A DNA stretch of 60,707 nt, from NCBI GenBank assembly GCA_937906345.1, contig CALCXY010000006.1:1-60707 (forward strand), read 5' to 3'. The stretch is from Candidatus Woesearchaeota archaeon (GTDB taxonomy: Archaea > Nanobdellota > Nanobdellia > Woesearchaeales > CALCXY01). The position numbers and the translations under genes were made by a program. Within the stretch, counting starts at the first letter, position 1; the number at the start of each line of letters is the position of its first letter. Positions 9,642 to 21,361 of the stretch are shown here, in pieces. Below the pieces are notes generated by a model. The model had not been told where the DNA came from. It ran no database searches and saw only the letters and a program-made list of their open reading frames with translations.

Positions 9642-10851
9642 AAAAATAATCTTAGCATACAGTGGAGGTCTAGACACATCAGTTATTTTGAAGTGGTTAG
9701 TGAATAAGGGCTATGAGGTCATAGCTTACATAGCTGATGTAGGCCAGGAAGATGATTTTGTTAAAGCTAAAGAGAAAGCTTTGAAGTTAGGAGCTTCAAA
9801 AGTATATATTGAAGATCTTAAAAAAGAATTTGTGGAGGATTATATTTTTACTTGGTTAAAGGGTAATGGTCTTTATGAGAATAAATATCTTTTAGGAACG
9901 AGTTTAGCTAGGCCTTTAATTGCTAAAAAACAGATTGAAATTGCTAAAAAGGAAAAAACTAAAATTGTAAGTCATGGAGCAACTGGTAAGGGAAATGATC
10001 AAGTAAGGTTTGAACTTACTTATATGTCTTTAATGCCAGATGTTGAGATTTTTAGTCCTTGGAAGGATAAAGAATTTTTAGAAAAATTTGAAGGGCGGAA
10101 AGATCTACTTGCGTATGCTAAGGAACAGAATATTCCTGTTGAGGCAACAACTGAGAAGCCTTTTTCAATGGATGATAATTTAATGCATATCAGTTACGAA
10201 GCAGGTATTTTAGAAGATCCTAGTATGGCAGCACCTGCAAGTATCTGTAAGAAAACAGCACATATTAAAGATGCACCAGATAAAGAAGTAAAAATCTGTA
10301 TTCATTTCGCAAAAGGAATACCTATTAAATTACAAAATTTTACATCAGGAGATGATGTAGAAGGTTCATTACAATTATTCCAATATCTTAATGAGTTAGG
10401 GGCAGAAAATGGAATAGGAAAAATTGATCTTGTTGAAAATCGTTTTGTTGGAATGAAATCCCGTGGAGTTTATGAAACTCCTGCAGGAACAATATTATTG
10501 AAAGCTCATATGGATATTGAATCTTTGACATTAGACAAAGAGGTTCTTCATATCAAACAAACACTAGAACCAAAGTTTGCACAATTGATTTATAATGGTT
10601 TTTGGAACAGTCCTGAGTTTGATTTTTTAATGAGTGCTTTTAATAAAAGTCAAGAAAAGGTTAGTGGAAAAGTAACTTTATTACTTTACAAAGGAAATGT
10701 CTCTGTGACAAAACGTGAGTCTGTAAATTCACTTTATGATGTTGGATTAGCAAGTATGGATGTTGCAGGAGGATATGATCAAGAAGATGCTAAAGGATTC
10801 ATAAAATTGAATGCTTTACGTTTAAAGGTGGGAAAAAATGTGGGTAAATAA
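9631..10851 (+). CDS. argG: argininosuccinate synthase
   Basis: [10 protein letters not shown]-loop, [14 protein letters not shown] and [16 protein letters not shown] signatures. The ATG at 9631 overlaps the preceding ORF by 11 nt. Confidence 0.95.
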   Translation: MKSKKIILAYSGGLDTSVILKWLVNKGYEVIAYIADVGQEDDFVKAKEKALKLGASKVYIEDLKKEFVEDYIFTWLKGNGLYENKYLLGTSLARPLIAKKQIEIAKKEKTKIVSHGATGKGNDQVRFELTYMSLMPDVEIFSPWKDKEFLEKFEGRKDLLAYAKEQNIPVEATTEKPFSMDDNLMHISYEAGILEDPSMAAPASICKKTAHIKDAPDKEVKICIHFAKGIPIKLQNFTSGDDVEGSLQLFQYLNELGAENGIGKIDLVENRFVGMKSRGVYETPAGTILLKAHMDIESLTLDKEVLHIKQTLEPKFAQLIYNGFWNSPEFDFLMSAFNKSQEKVSGKVTLLLYKGNVSVTKRESVNSLYDVGLASMDVAGGYDQEDAKGFIKLNALRLKVGKNVGK

Positions 10852-11932
10852 CGAAGTTGGAACATTAAAAGAAGCAGCAATGTTTGGACCACCAAGCATT
10901 GAAACCTATTTAACACAGTTTTATCCTCCAGAGATAAGCTTATGCTTTGGTCATTTTGATGTTATTGAGGCTCAAAAAGAATTTAATGGATTAGTTAATC
11001 TTCTTGGACAGCTTGGTGTGGTTGTATTAGACATGAAATCTGCTTATGTAAATACGCTTAATCCTCCAACTCATTCAGCTGAAAAGCTTGTATTGGATTT
11101 AGTGGATAAAGTTTTAGAGTTTCCTGATCATACTGGAGAACCCAACCCTGGAACATTATTACATCTTCTTCATTTGGATTCTTTATTGTATGGAGAAGAA
11201 AAAGCTGTTGCTCTAAATAAATCTTTAAGTTTAGATCCTGAATTACCTTTAGGAAACATTTTTTTTGCTCGTGATCAAGCAAATGTAATGTTTGATACTT
11301 GCTTTTTGAGCAATATGAAATATCCTATACGTCAACCAGAGGTAGCAGTTATTAAGGCTGCATTAGAAGAATTAGGATACCATAAATTTGTAGAGATTTC
11401 TCCAGGAAATTTTGAAGGAGGAGATGGAATGATTATAGATGGTGATATTTACGTAGGTTCTGGAATGCGAACAACTCATGAAGGAGTAATACAAATAGCT
11501 AATCATTTTAGTGATAAAACTACTTATAAAATAGCTATTCCTGATATGGGAAGTTGGGAAAAAAATATGGAAGTTATGCATTCAGATACTTTTTTTATGC
11601 CTGTTCATCATAAAAAAATCTTTGGTTGTATTCCTGTTTTGGAACAATGTAGTGTCATTAATATGCAAACAGGAAAAGAGATTCCTTATTTAGATCACTT
11701 TGTAGATAAAGGTTATTCTATAAATGGAATTCCAACAGAAGAACAGAAGAATTATGCTGCAAATATGCTTGTAACAAAACCAGGAGTATTAATTGTTCCA
11801 TCAGACTATAATCATAAAACCAATGGAAAGTTGCATAGTGATCTTATTACTTTATATTCAGCTAAGTTGGAACATCTTACACAAGCTGTAGGAGCAACAC
11901 ATTGTATGATTTTACAAACAATCAAAGAATGA
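10838..11932 (+). CDS. arginine deiminase-like guanidino-group-modifying enzyme
   Basis: EVGTLKEA N-terminus, FFARDQ (FxRD), MHSDTFF (MHLDT-like) and a C-terminal GATHCM catalytic-Cys motif. These are typical of the ADI/DDAH/amidinotransferase superfamily. Confidence 0.7.
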   Translation: MWVNNEVGTLKEAAMFGPPSIETYLTQFYPPEISLCFGHFDVIEAQKEFNGLVNLLGQLGVVVLDMKSAYVNTLNPPTHSAEKLVLDLVDKVLEFPDHTGEPNPGTLLHLLHLDSLLYGEEKAVALNKSLSLDPELPLGNIFFARDQANVMFDTCFLSNMKYPIRQPEVAVIKAALEELGYHKFVEISPGNFEGGDGMIIDGDIYVGSGMRTTHEGVIQIANHFSDKTTYKIAIPDMGSWEKNMEVMHSDTFFMPVHHKKIFGCIPVLEQCSVINMQTGKEIPYLDHFVDKGYSINGIPTEEQKNYAANMLVTKPGVLIVPSDYNHKTNGKLHSDLITLYSAKLEHLTQAVGATHCMILQTIKE

Positions 11933-11939
11933 GGTTAAA

Positions 11940-13109
11940 ATGAAACTCTGGGAAAAAAATACTAAACTGAAAAAAGAAATTGAGGATTTTACAGTTGGTA
12001 ATGATACTTTGTTAGATCAAACACTTTTACCTTATGATTGTGAAGCTTCTATAGCTCATGCAGGGATGCTTAACAAAATTGGAGTTTTGAGTAATAATGA
12101 ATTTATTAAATTAAAAAAATGCTTGAAAGAGATGAAGGAAAAATCTCTTATAGGCGAATTTGAAATCAAAAAAGAAGATGAAGATGGTCATACTGCTATT
12201 GAAAATTATCTTATTCATAAACTTGGAGATGTTGGTAAAAAAATTCATACTGGAAGATCAAGAAACGATCAAGTCCAAGTAGCGTTAAGGCTTTATTTTA
12301 AAGAGAAATTAAATGAATTATTAGAACTATGTAGTTCATATGGGATTGAGATTCAAGATAAAATCAAAAAATATGGAAAAATAAAAATTCCTGGTTATAC
12401 TCATATGCAAAAAGCCATGCCTTCTTCAATAGGGTTATGGTTAGGTTCATTTAATGATGCTATGAAAGATAATAAACAACACATTGAGAATGTTTTAGAT
12501 TTATTAGATCAAAATCCATTAGGAAGTGGTGCTGGTTTTGGAATTCCAGTTATTTCTATTGATAAAGAATTTACAGCAACTAAATTAGGTTTTAGTAAAG
12601 TTCAAGAAAATTCATTGTATGTGCAGTTAAGTAGAGGAAAATTTGAAGGGATGATTATAGCAGCGTTAGATATGATCATGTTAGATATCAATAAATTAGC
12701 AAGTGATCTTATGCTTTTTACAATGCCTCAATTCCAATATTTTTCACTTCCAGATGGATTTTGTACTGGAAGTTCTATAATGCCTCAAAAAAAGAATTAT
12801 GATGTCTTAGAATTGATGAGGGGAAAGTATCATATATTGTTGGGCTATGAAATGCAGATCAAAGGTGTAATTGGGAATTTAATCTCTGGATATAATAGAG
12901 ATGTTCAGCTTACAAAAGAACCTATTATGAAATCTTTTGAATTAGTAATCTCAAGTGTTTTGGTTATGAATATGATTATTAAAAATCTTATCATTCATAA
13001 GGAAAATTGTGAAAACCAACTCACAGATGAGTTATATGCTACTGAAAAGGCTTATACATTAGTGTTAGAAGGTAAATCTTTTAGGGATGCATATAAAGAG
13101 ATGAAATAA
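11940..13109 (+). CDS. argH: argininosuccinate lyase (short form)
   Basis: TGRSRNDQV, GYTHMQKAMP and the GSSIMPQKKN fumarate-lyase signature. Confidence 0.9.
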   Translation: MKLWEKNTKLKKEIEDFTVGNDTLLDQTLLPYDCEASIAHAGMLNKIGVLSNNEFIKLKKCLKEMKEKSLIGEFEIKKEDEDGHTAIENYLIHKLGDVGKKIHTGRSRNDQVQVALRLYFKEKLNELLELCSSYGIEIQDKIKKYGKIKIPGYTHMQKAMPSSIGLWLGSFNDAMKDNKQHIENVLDLLDQNPLGSGAGFGIPVISIDKEFTATKLGFSKVQENSLYVQLSRGKFEGMIIAALDMIMLDINKLASDLMLFTMPQFQYFSLPDGFCTGSSIMPQKKNYDVLELMRGKYHILLGYEMQIKGVIGNLISGYNRDVQLTKEPIMKSFELVISSVLVMNMIIKNLIIHKENCENQLTDELYATEKAYTLVLEGKSFRDAYKEMK

Positions 13110-13147
13110 ACACAACATTTATTATGGGGGCTTTATTCTGGTTTTTT

Positions 13148-14617
13148 ATGCCAAAAGTATCAATAATAATACCTGTATGTGGACAAGCTGATATGACTAA
13201 AAAGTGTTTAGAAACGCTTTACAAGTTCACACCTAAGGATTTAATAGAGATAATTGTAATCAATAATAATAGTCCTGACAATACTTTGGAGATGTTAAAA
13301 GCTTTTCCTGATGTGAAGGTTATTACAAATGAAATGAATAAATCTTTCTCAGTGAGTATTAATCAAGGAGTAAATGAGTCTACTGGAGAATTTGTTTTGC
13401 CTTTGAATAATGATACGTATTTCTTTCAAAATTGGTTAGAAGAGATGCTTGAAACGTTTACTGATAAGAAAGTCGCAGTTGTTGGTGCTAAACTCTTATT
13501 TCCAGATGGTAAAATACAACATGCTGGACTAGCCTGCTACAAAAATAAGCAGCCATTTCATGTGTTTTGGGGAGAAATGCCAAGTGAAAAAAATAATATT
13601 CAAGTAGAGTATCCTGCTGTTACGTTTGCATGTGCTCTTATTCGAAGGAAGGTTTTTGAGGAATTACAAGGATTAAGTCTAGAATATCCAGATGGAAACT
13701 ATGAAGATGTTGATTTTTGCTTAAGAGCAAGGGAAAAAGGCTATAAAATTGTTTATAATCCTAAAGTTGTTCTCTACCATCTTGAAGCTGGAACTAAAAA
13801 ACTTGATCTTACAAGGGCTCAAGATACTATTAGAAAAAATTTAAAGATTTACAAAGACAAATGGGAGAAAAGAAGTGAGAGTCTTTTTGCAGTTGATCAG
13901 AGAATCTTCCCAAAAATCTTAGTTGGATGTCCAACATACTACAAATATGAATATTGTTTAGAAAAGTATGCAAAAATTGTTAAAAATTTAATGTATCCTA
14001 ATTATGATATCTTATTGATAGATAATTCTCCTGATGAAGAGTATATGGAAAAGATTCAGGATGTTGGATTAAAGGTTGAGCAAACACCGTATCGAAAAAA
14101 AGCACGAGATAGAATCGTTGAATCTAGGAATCTTCTTAAAAAAAGAACCTTAAAGGGAAATTATGATTATATGTTTTCTTTAGAGCAAGATGTTATTCCA
14201 GAACCTGATATTTTAAAAAAATTATTATCTCATGATAAAAAGATAATAAGTGGATTTTACTTTAGTCCTCAAAAATTAATGAATGGAGATGTAGCTATTA
14301 AACCTATTATTTTTAAATTTCATAAAAAAGAAGGAAAATGGGGAACTTGTAGAATGTTAACTAAAGATGAAACATGGAGTGATGAGTTAATGAATATTGC
14401 ATATTGCGGTGTTGGTTGTTTACTTGTTCATAAAGATGTTTTAGAGAAAGTTACTTTTCGATATAAAGATGATAAAGATGCTACTGATGATAAATATTTT
14501 TGTTATGATGCTAGAAAAGCTGATTTCGAGATTTGGGCTGATGCATCTGTTAAATGTAAGCATTTACTTGAAGAAAAGTTTGATTGGGATGAGTTAAGGG
14601 ATAAGGGGGAATATTAG
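13148..14617 (+). CDS. family-2 glycosyltransferase with two GT-A modules
   Basis: VSIIIPV...NNNSPDNT...LNND..F...EDVDFCLR in the N-terminal half, and a second IDNSPD...EQD module in the C-terminal half. Confidence 0.75.
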   Translation: MPKVSIIIPVCGQADMTKKCLETLYKFTPKDLIEIIVINNNSPDNTLEMLKAFPDVKVITNEMNKSFSVSINQGVNESTGEFVLPLNNDTYFFQNWLEEMLETFTDKKVAVVGAKLLFPDGKIQHAGLACYKNKQPFHVFWGEMPSEKNNIQVEYPAVTFACALIRRKVFEELQGLSLEYPDGNYEDVDFCLRAREKGYKIVYNPKVVLYHLEAGTKKLDLTRAQDTIRKNLKIYKDKWEKRSESLFAVDQRIFPKILVGCPTYYKYEYCLEKYAKIVKNLMYPNYDILLIDNSPDEEYMEKIQDVGLKVEQTPYRKKARDRIVESRNLLKKRTLKGNYDYMFSLEQDVIPEPDILKKLLSHDKKIISGFYFSPQKLMNGDVAIKPIIFKFHKKEGKWGTCRMLTKDETWSDELMNIAYCGVGCLLVHKDVLEKVTFRYKDDKDATDDKYFCYDARKADFEIWADASVKCKHLLEEKFDWDELRDKGEY

Positions 14618-14633
14618 TTTAAAATTCTACATT

Positions 14634-14671
14634 GAACACATTTTGTTGCCCAGGAGCAAAAAAATGTGTTC
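14634..14671 (+). terminator. hairpin just downstream of the GT2 gene
   Basis: GAACACATTTT pairs with AAAATGTGTTC (11 bp), with an inner TTGC/GCAA pairing. It starts 17 nt after the stop. No long T-run follows, so the terminator role is uncertain. Confidence 0.3.
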
Positions 14672-14766
14672 TAATTCTCAAAAAAGTAAAAAAATTAAAA
14701 ATATAGGTTAAAATTACAATAATTTTATATATCAAACTAGCTTTTTCTCTTTCAATGGGGGTTTAC

Positions 14767-15252
14767 ATGATAAAATATGCTATATTGGTATTAATGTTAT
14801 TTTTAGTTGCTTGCAGTAGCAATGTGCAGCAACAAACCATCCAAGAAGTTTCTCAAGTAATTATTATTGAAGAACCTGTAACTCCTCAAGTAAATACGAC
14901 TAATACAACAAACAAAACTCAAGTTACTATTCCAAAAGTAGAAGAAGATACTGAAGTGAGAATATTAGTGAAATTCCTTATATTTAAGCCAAATGTTACA
15001 ACAATTAAGAAAGGAACAACTGTTACATGGCTTCATCAAGATGATATTAAACCTTTCCATAAAGTGCAATCTATCAAATATGTACAATCTCCAACAGAAA
15101 CTAGGCAAGTACCTTTATTCTTATCTGAAAACTTAAGGTTTGGAAATACTTTTTCCTACACCTTTAATGAAGTGGGAACATATCGATATTTAGATCCTTT
15201 TTTTAATGATGATGACGATTATATGGGTGGAGTTATCACTGTAACTGAATAA
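14767..15252 (+). CDS. lipoprotein with a cupredoxin-like C-terminal domain
   Basis: Signal peptide with lipobox (LFLVAC), a Thr/Asn-rich linker, then KKGTTVTW..D...HKV ... GTYRYLDPFF....YMGGVITV resembling amicyanin or plastocyanin. Confidence 0.5.
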   Translation: MIKYAILVLMLFLVACSSNVQQQTIQEVSQVIIIEEPVTPQVNTTNTTNKTQVTIPKVEEDTEVRILVKFLIFKPNVTTIKKGTTVTWLHQDDIKPFHKVQSIKYVQSPTETRQVPLFLSENLRFGNTFSYTFNEVGTYRYLDPFFNDDDDYMGGVITVTE

Positions 15253-15367
15253 TTCTTAGGTAGTAGTAAAAATCTCTTTTTTAGGAAATGTGACTGTTTT
15301 TTACCCATAAATTTATATAGTACTAAGGTAGAATCTAATTATAATTATTCGATTGGAGGTGAATATA

Positions 15368-15532
15368 ATGGGTCAACCAAAACCTGGTGAGGAAATATCC
15401 TTTTACGACGTGAAAGGCAAAACCAAATTCATGGCAAAAGAGTGGAAAGTTGTTGTTAAAAAAGGAAGAAAATTTGCAGTTGCTAAAGCTCCTTCAGGCA
15501 TTGATGCTTATAGGATTTTAGGAAAAGCTTAA
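15368..15532 (+). CDS. small basic protein (54 aa), possible nucleic-acid binder
   Basis: Not in the ORF track (under 60 aa). Strong GGAGGTGA 6 nt upstream of the ATG. Sequence: MGQPKPGEEISFYDVKGKTKFMAKEWKVVVKKGRKFAVAKAPSGIDAYRILGKA. Confidence 0.5.
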   Translation: MGQPKPGEEISFYDVKGKTKFMAKEWKVVVKKGRKFAVAKAPSGIDAYRILGKA

Positions 15533-15704
15533 TTTCTTTTTTTTAATTTTTTTCTTTAATTATTAGAGCTTCTCAGAGTAGTATTCATAGCTCTAAAACC
15601 CTTGAATTATGGCTTTACAGGCTCTCTAAAGGCATTTTAGAACCGAAAAGTATATAAATAAAACAACATTAAATATCTCTGAAAAGGGGACTATTTTTAC
15701 CTAA

Positions 15705-17639
<1,935 letters not shown>

Positions 17640-17674
17640 TTATTTCTTATTTTACTTGTTAATTTTCAGTACAT

Positions 17675-17789
17675 TTTTTTCGGCGCACTTGTTTGGTTTT
17701 CCCTTTCTCTCCCCCTTACCTGGTAAGGGGAGAGAAAGGGGTTAGGAGCGAAGCTCATGTAATAAACAACTGTAGTAGCGCCGAAAAAA
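17675..17789. other. long, nested GC-rich inverted repeat (candidate structured RNA or terminator)
   Basis: Outer arms TTTTTTCGGCGC (17675-17686) and GCGCCGAAAAAA (17778-17789). Inner near-perfect 19-bp hairpin CCCTTTCTCTCCCCCTTACC / GGTAAGGGGAGAGAAAGGGG (17701-17741). Confidence 0.5.
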
Positions 17790-17851
17790 TAATACAGACT
17801 AATAATCAAACCCAAAAGTATCAAATATCCCTTACCCTATTTTACGAAAGC

Positions 17852-17862
17852 TTTTTAAATAA
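17852..17862 (+). promoter_or_regulatory. TATA-like box for rps3ae
   Basis: TTTTTAAATAA centred about 25 nt upstream of the ATG at 17882, consistent with a leaderless archaeal mRNA. Confidence 0.35.
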
Positions 17863-17881
17863 CCCAAAGTTTTCAAGTAGT

Positions 17882-18661
17882 ATGGCAAAAGCTAAAGTAG
17901 GAACAAAGATTAAGAAGAAACTTTGGTATAAGATCTTTGATTCTGGTGCATTTGGGAAAGCTGTTTTGGGAGAGACCTTTGTAGAGTTTCCAGAGCAAGT
18001 TCTTGGTAAAACTATGGCTATCAATATGATGGACTTAACTCGAGACCCAAAAAAGCAAAATACTATCATAAAGTTTGTTGTTACTGATATGAAAGGTGAA
18101 AAAGCAAATGCTCAAGTGATTGGATATGGTTTAAATAATTCTTCAGTAAAAAGAATGATGAGGCGTGGAAAGGCACGAGTTGATTTATCAGAGGTTTATT
18201 TATCAAAAGATGGAAAACACGTTAGAGTTAAACCTTTTATTGTTACACGTGTCGCTAGTGCAAAATCTACACTTACTGATATTAGAGCAGCAGTTGATAA
18301 ATTCTTTAAAGAACTTTTAAAAAATACTACTTATGATCAATTGGTTAATACTTTAATTGCATATAAAATTCAAAGACAATTAAGAGATCAAATAGAAAAA
18401 ATAATTCCTTTGGCTTCATGTGAAGTTAGAGAAATGAAACTTGTTACAATTCGAAAAGAAGGAGAAAAAGAAAAGTTAGTTGATGTTCTAGGTTCTTCAA
18501 AATCTAAGAAAACTGAAAAGCCGAAAGAAGTTAAAAAGGAAGTTAAAGAAGAGAAGAAAGAAGTTAAAAAGGAAGAAGTTAAGAAAGAAGAAAAGGTTGA
18601 AGAAGTAAAGCCAAAAGTTGAAGAAAAAGTTTCTAAAGAACCTGTTAAGGCTGTTGCTTAG
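17882..18661 (+). CDS. rps3ae: 30S ribosomal protein S3Ae (eS1)
   Basis: MAKAKVGTKIKKKLWYKI...F.G....V..DL N-terminus typical of S3Ae, with a Lys/Glu-rich C-terminal tail. The track ORF start at 17693 runs through the GC-rich hairpin and is rejected. Confidence 0.9.
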   Translation: MAKAKVGTKIKKKLWYKIFDSGAFGKAVLGETFVEFPEQVLGKTMAINMMDLTRDPKKQNTIIKFVVTDMKGEKANAQVIGYGLNNSSVKRMMRRGKARVDLSEVYLSKDGKHVRVKPFIVTRVASAKSTLTDIRAAVDKFFKELLKNTTYDQLVNTLIAYKIQRQLRDQIEKIIPLASCEVREMKLVTIRKEGEKEKLVDVLGSSKSKKTEKPKEVKKEVKEEKKEVKKEEVKKEEKVEEVKPKVEEKVSKEPVKAVA

Positions 18662-18742
18662 GTTTAGTTGTTATATTCTTTTAAAATTTTATTTCTATTT
18701 AATCTGACAAACTTTATAAATGGTATTTGAATTCTTATTGTT

Positions 18743-19330
18743 ATGAAACTCATAGCTCAAGGTGCAGAGGCTAAATTATTTAGGAATAATAATATTCTCA
18801 TTAAAGATAGGATTCCTAAGAGTTATAGGATACAAGAGATTGATGTGCAACTGAGAAGGCATAGGACTAAAGTTGAGAGTCATATACTGCAAAAATTGGG
18901 GAAGTTAGGTTTAGCTGTTCCAAAACTTATTGATACAGATGAAACTCAGAAAATTAGTATGGATTTTATTAAAGGAGATAAGGTTAGTGAAATTCTTGAT
19001 GCTAAAAATGTTTCTAAACTCTGTAAAGAGATTGGTCAAAAATTAAGAGTCATGCATGATAATCATATTATTCATGGTGACTTAACTACATCTAATATGA
19101 TTTTAGAAAAAGAAATTTATTTTGTTGACTTTGGTTTGAGTTATGAATCTCAAAAAATTGAAGATATGGCTGTTGATTTGCACTTGTTTAGGCAAACCTT
19201 AGAAAGTAAGCATAATACAGTCTATGAAAAAGGGTTTAAAGCATTCTTATCTGGTTATGGAAATAAAGATGTTATTGATAGATTAGGAATTGTTGAGAAA
19301 AGAGGAAGGTATAAACGGAAAAATCATTAG
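18743..19330 (+). CDS. bud32: Bud32/PRPK atypical kinase (KEOPS subunit)
   Basis: LIAQGAEAKL, IIHGDLTTSNMIL and VDFGLS motifs. The size is typical of stand-alone archaeal Bud32. Confidence 0.85.
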   Translation: MKLIAQGAEAKLFRNNNILIKDRIPKSYRIQEIDVQLRRHRTKVESHILQKLGKLGLAVPKLIDTDETQKISMDFIKGDKVSEILDAKNVSKLCKEIGQKLRVMHDNHIIHGDLTTSNMILEKEIYFVDFGLSYESQKIEDMAVDLHLFRQTLESKHNTVYEKGFKAFLSGYGNKDVIDRLGIVEKRGRYKRKNH

Positions 19331-19340
19331 TTAAATGGTT

Positions 19341-19607
19341 TTAATTTACTTCCCGCCAATCTTTAACACTACATAAACACTTTCTGCAAAATTGTTCTCT
19401 TAAATCTGGCATGATATTTTGGCAATTATGGCATCGCCTAATTGATTTGTTTATTATTGGTTTTACTGCTGCAAAAGATAAATTACAATATCCACAATTC
19501 TTTACATCCCATGCTTCTGGAAAAAACCAATTACAACGAGGGCATATGCGTTGAACAAAAGTTTGTGAAACTGCACATATAGTATCGTTAAACTCAGGAA
19601 TTACCAT
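19341..19607 (-). CDS. Cys-rich zinc-ribbon protein (four CxxC pairs)
   Basis: CPRC, CGYC, CHNC and CRKC motifs. Overlaps the upstream gene by 14 nt. Confidence 0.5.
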   Translation of the reverse strand: MVIPEFNDTICAVSQTFVQRICPRCNWFFPEAWDVKNCGYCNLSFAAVKPIINKSIRRCHNCQNIMPDLREQFCRKCLCSVKDWREVN

Positions 19608-20019
19608 TTGGATTCACCTTTTTGAGTTCAACTGTTATTTTACCTCTAGGGATTTTTTCAAATTCTGTGATGAATAGAGTAGATTTTCTACTTGAGACAG
19701 GAATTGTTTGAATCTTTTTCTCATTAGAATAAATTACTGCATTGATTCCATTAAGTATTTCTAACGGTTTATTATGAGATAAAATATAGGGGCTTATGTC
19801 AACATATAATTCATCATCACTGTTTGTGATACAATCAAGTTTTACTGAAAACTCTTTATTTTCACTATTTTTCTTATTAAAATCAAGAAGTTCTTCTTCT
19901 TCAAAACTAAGTGATTGTAGTTTTTCATCTATAAAATCCATGTCTTTATTCCTACCTACAGGATAAAAGACTTCTAATTCTCCTTGTTTGTCTATTTTTT
20001 CATAAAACATATTAACCAC
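19594..20019 (-). CDS. hypothetical protein
   Basis: ORF co-oriented with and overlapping the zinc-ribbon gene. No motif recognised. Confidence 0.45.
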   Translation of the reverse strand: MVNMFYEKIDKQGELEVFYPVGRNKDMDFIDEKLQSLSFEEEELLDFNKKNSENKEFSVKLDCITNSDDELYVDISPYILSHNKPLEILNGINAVIYSNEKKIQTIPVSSRKSTLFITEFEKIPRGKITVELKKVNPNGNS

Positions 20020-20112
20020 TACTTATAGATAGTATATTCCATATATAAAATAACTTATCACTTTTTTTGACAAATAGTAATATTTATAAGGTAAATGTTA
20101 TTATTGTCTTAA

Positions 20113-21084
20113 ATGGTACTAAAATTAGATATGTTTGATAAGAGGATTCTCTTTGAGTTAGATAAAAATGCAAGAATAACAACATCTGATATTGGAAAAA
20201 TGTTGAAGAAGTCAAAACAATTTGTAGATTATAGGATCAAAAAATTAGAAGACCAAAAAATATTATTAGGATATACAACTGTTATTGAACATGCTAAATT
20301 AGGGTATAGAAGCTCGAGAGTTTATTTTAAATTTAGGAATATTACGCCTGAAAAGCAAAAAGAATTGGAAAAGGATTTAATCAAAGATAAAGAAGTGTGG
20401 TGGCTAGTAACTTTAGAAGGGCAATGGGATGTTGGTTATGCAATGGCTATAAGCACTATTGTTGATTTCTATAAGTATTGGGATGTTTTGATGGATAAGT
20501 ATAGGAAATATATTAGCAACAGATATGTTGTTCTCTATACTCACGTTAGACAGTATCCTAAATCTTATCTTATTGATAAAAAAAATATGGATTCAGGGAC
20601 AATTGTTGGAAAATCAAAGCTAAGAGATCCTATATTAACTGAATTTGACCTTCAATTATTGAAAGTTTTATCAAGTAATGGAAGGATGCCTTTACTTACT
20701 TTAGCTTCTCATATGAAAACAAGCCCTCAAGTTGTAAAAAACCACATTACTATTTTAACAAAAAAGGAAATTATTCAAGGCTATAGAGCTATTATAGATA
20801 TTTCAAAACTCGGCTATCGATATTTTAGAGTTTTTATGAATCTTGTTCATACTGAAAGAATTAAGGAGCTTTTACAATATATCAAAGAGCATCCTAATAT
20901 TGTGAATATTGATAGGACTATTGGTGGTGCTGATGTTGAGATTGAGATTCAAGTGAAGAGTTTTGATGAGTTTGATACTATCATTAAAGGAATGCGTTCA
21001 CACTTTAAAGGTATGATTGATACTGTTGATTTTGTTATTGTTGGAAAAGAGAAGAAGATGAATTACTTTCCTTTTAAGTATTAG
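20113..21084 (+). CDS. tandem Lrp/AsnC-family transcriptional regulator (two HTH plus effector modules)
   Basis: Two copies of the D..D..IL..L..N.R....IA/L pattern (FDKRILFELDKNAR and FDLQLLKVLSSNGR), each followed by a RAM-like segment. Confidence 0.7.
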   Translation: MVLKLDMFDKRILFELDKNARITTSDIGKMLKKSKQFVDYRIKKLEDQKILLGYTTVIEHAKLGYRSSRVYFKFRNITPEKQKELEKDLIKDKEVWWLVTLEGQWDVGYAMAISTIVDFYKYWDVLMDKYRKYISNRYVVLYTHVRQYPKSYLIDKKNMDSGTIVGKSKLRDPILTEFDLQLLKVLSSNGRMPLLTLASHMKTSPQVVKNHITILTKKEIIQGYRAIIDISKLGYRYFRVFMNLVHTERIKELLQYIKEHPNIVNIDRTIGGADVEIEIQVKSFDEFDTIIKGMRSHFKGMIDTVDFVIVGKEKKMNYFPFKY

Positions 21085-21157
21085 GAATAATTTCCATATG
21101 GAAAAAAATCAAATGATTGGAAAAGTATAAATATGGCAGTAATATAATGGTATTATA

Positions 21158-21361
21158 ATGGCGCAAGCAATAACTTCAAAAGGAATCATGGATGAATTGA
21201 AATCTTTAAAAAAAGAAGTAGCAGATTTAAAAGAACAAAAAGCTGATGTTGATAGTGTTATGACTGAGGAAGATTATGAGGCATTACGGGAATATCGAAA
21301 AGAGAAAAGAGAAAAGAAACTTATTTCTCATGAGCAACTGAAAAAAGAGTTTGGTGTTTGA
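21158..21361 (+). CDS. type II antitoxin (partner of RelE)
   Basis: Small charged ORF whose stop overlaps the toxin start (ATGA at 21358-21361). Confidence 0.55.
   Translation: MAQAITSKGIMDELKSLKKEVADLKEQKADVDSVMTEEDYEALREYRKEKREKKLISHEQLKKEFGV

Noticed and set aside
17693-17881. N-terminal extension of the S3Ae ORF
   Set aside because: It translates the GC-rich hairpin. S3Ae homology starts at MAKAKVG (17882), which has a TATA-like box about 25 nt upstream.
18470-18661. Repetitive gaagttaaaaagga-type sequence, considered as a tandem or CRISPR-like repeat
   Set aside because: It is in frame and encodes the Lys/Glu-rich C-terminal tail of S3Ae. It has no spacer structure.
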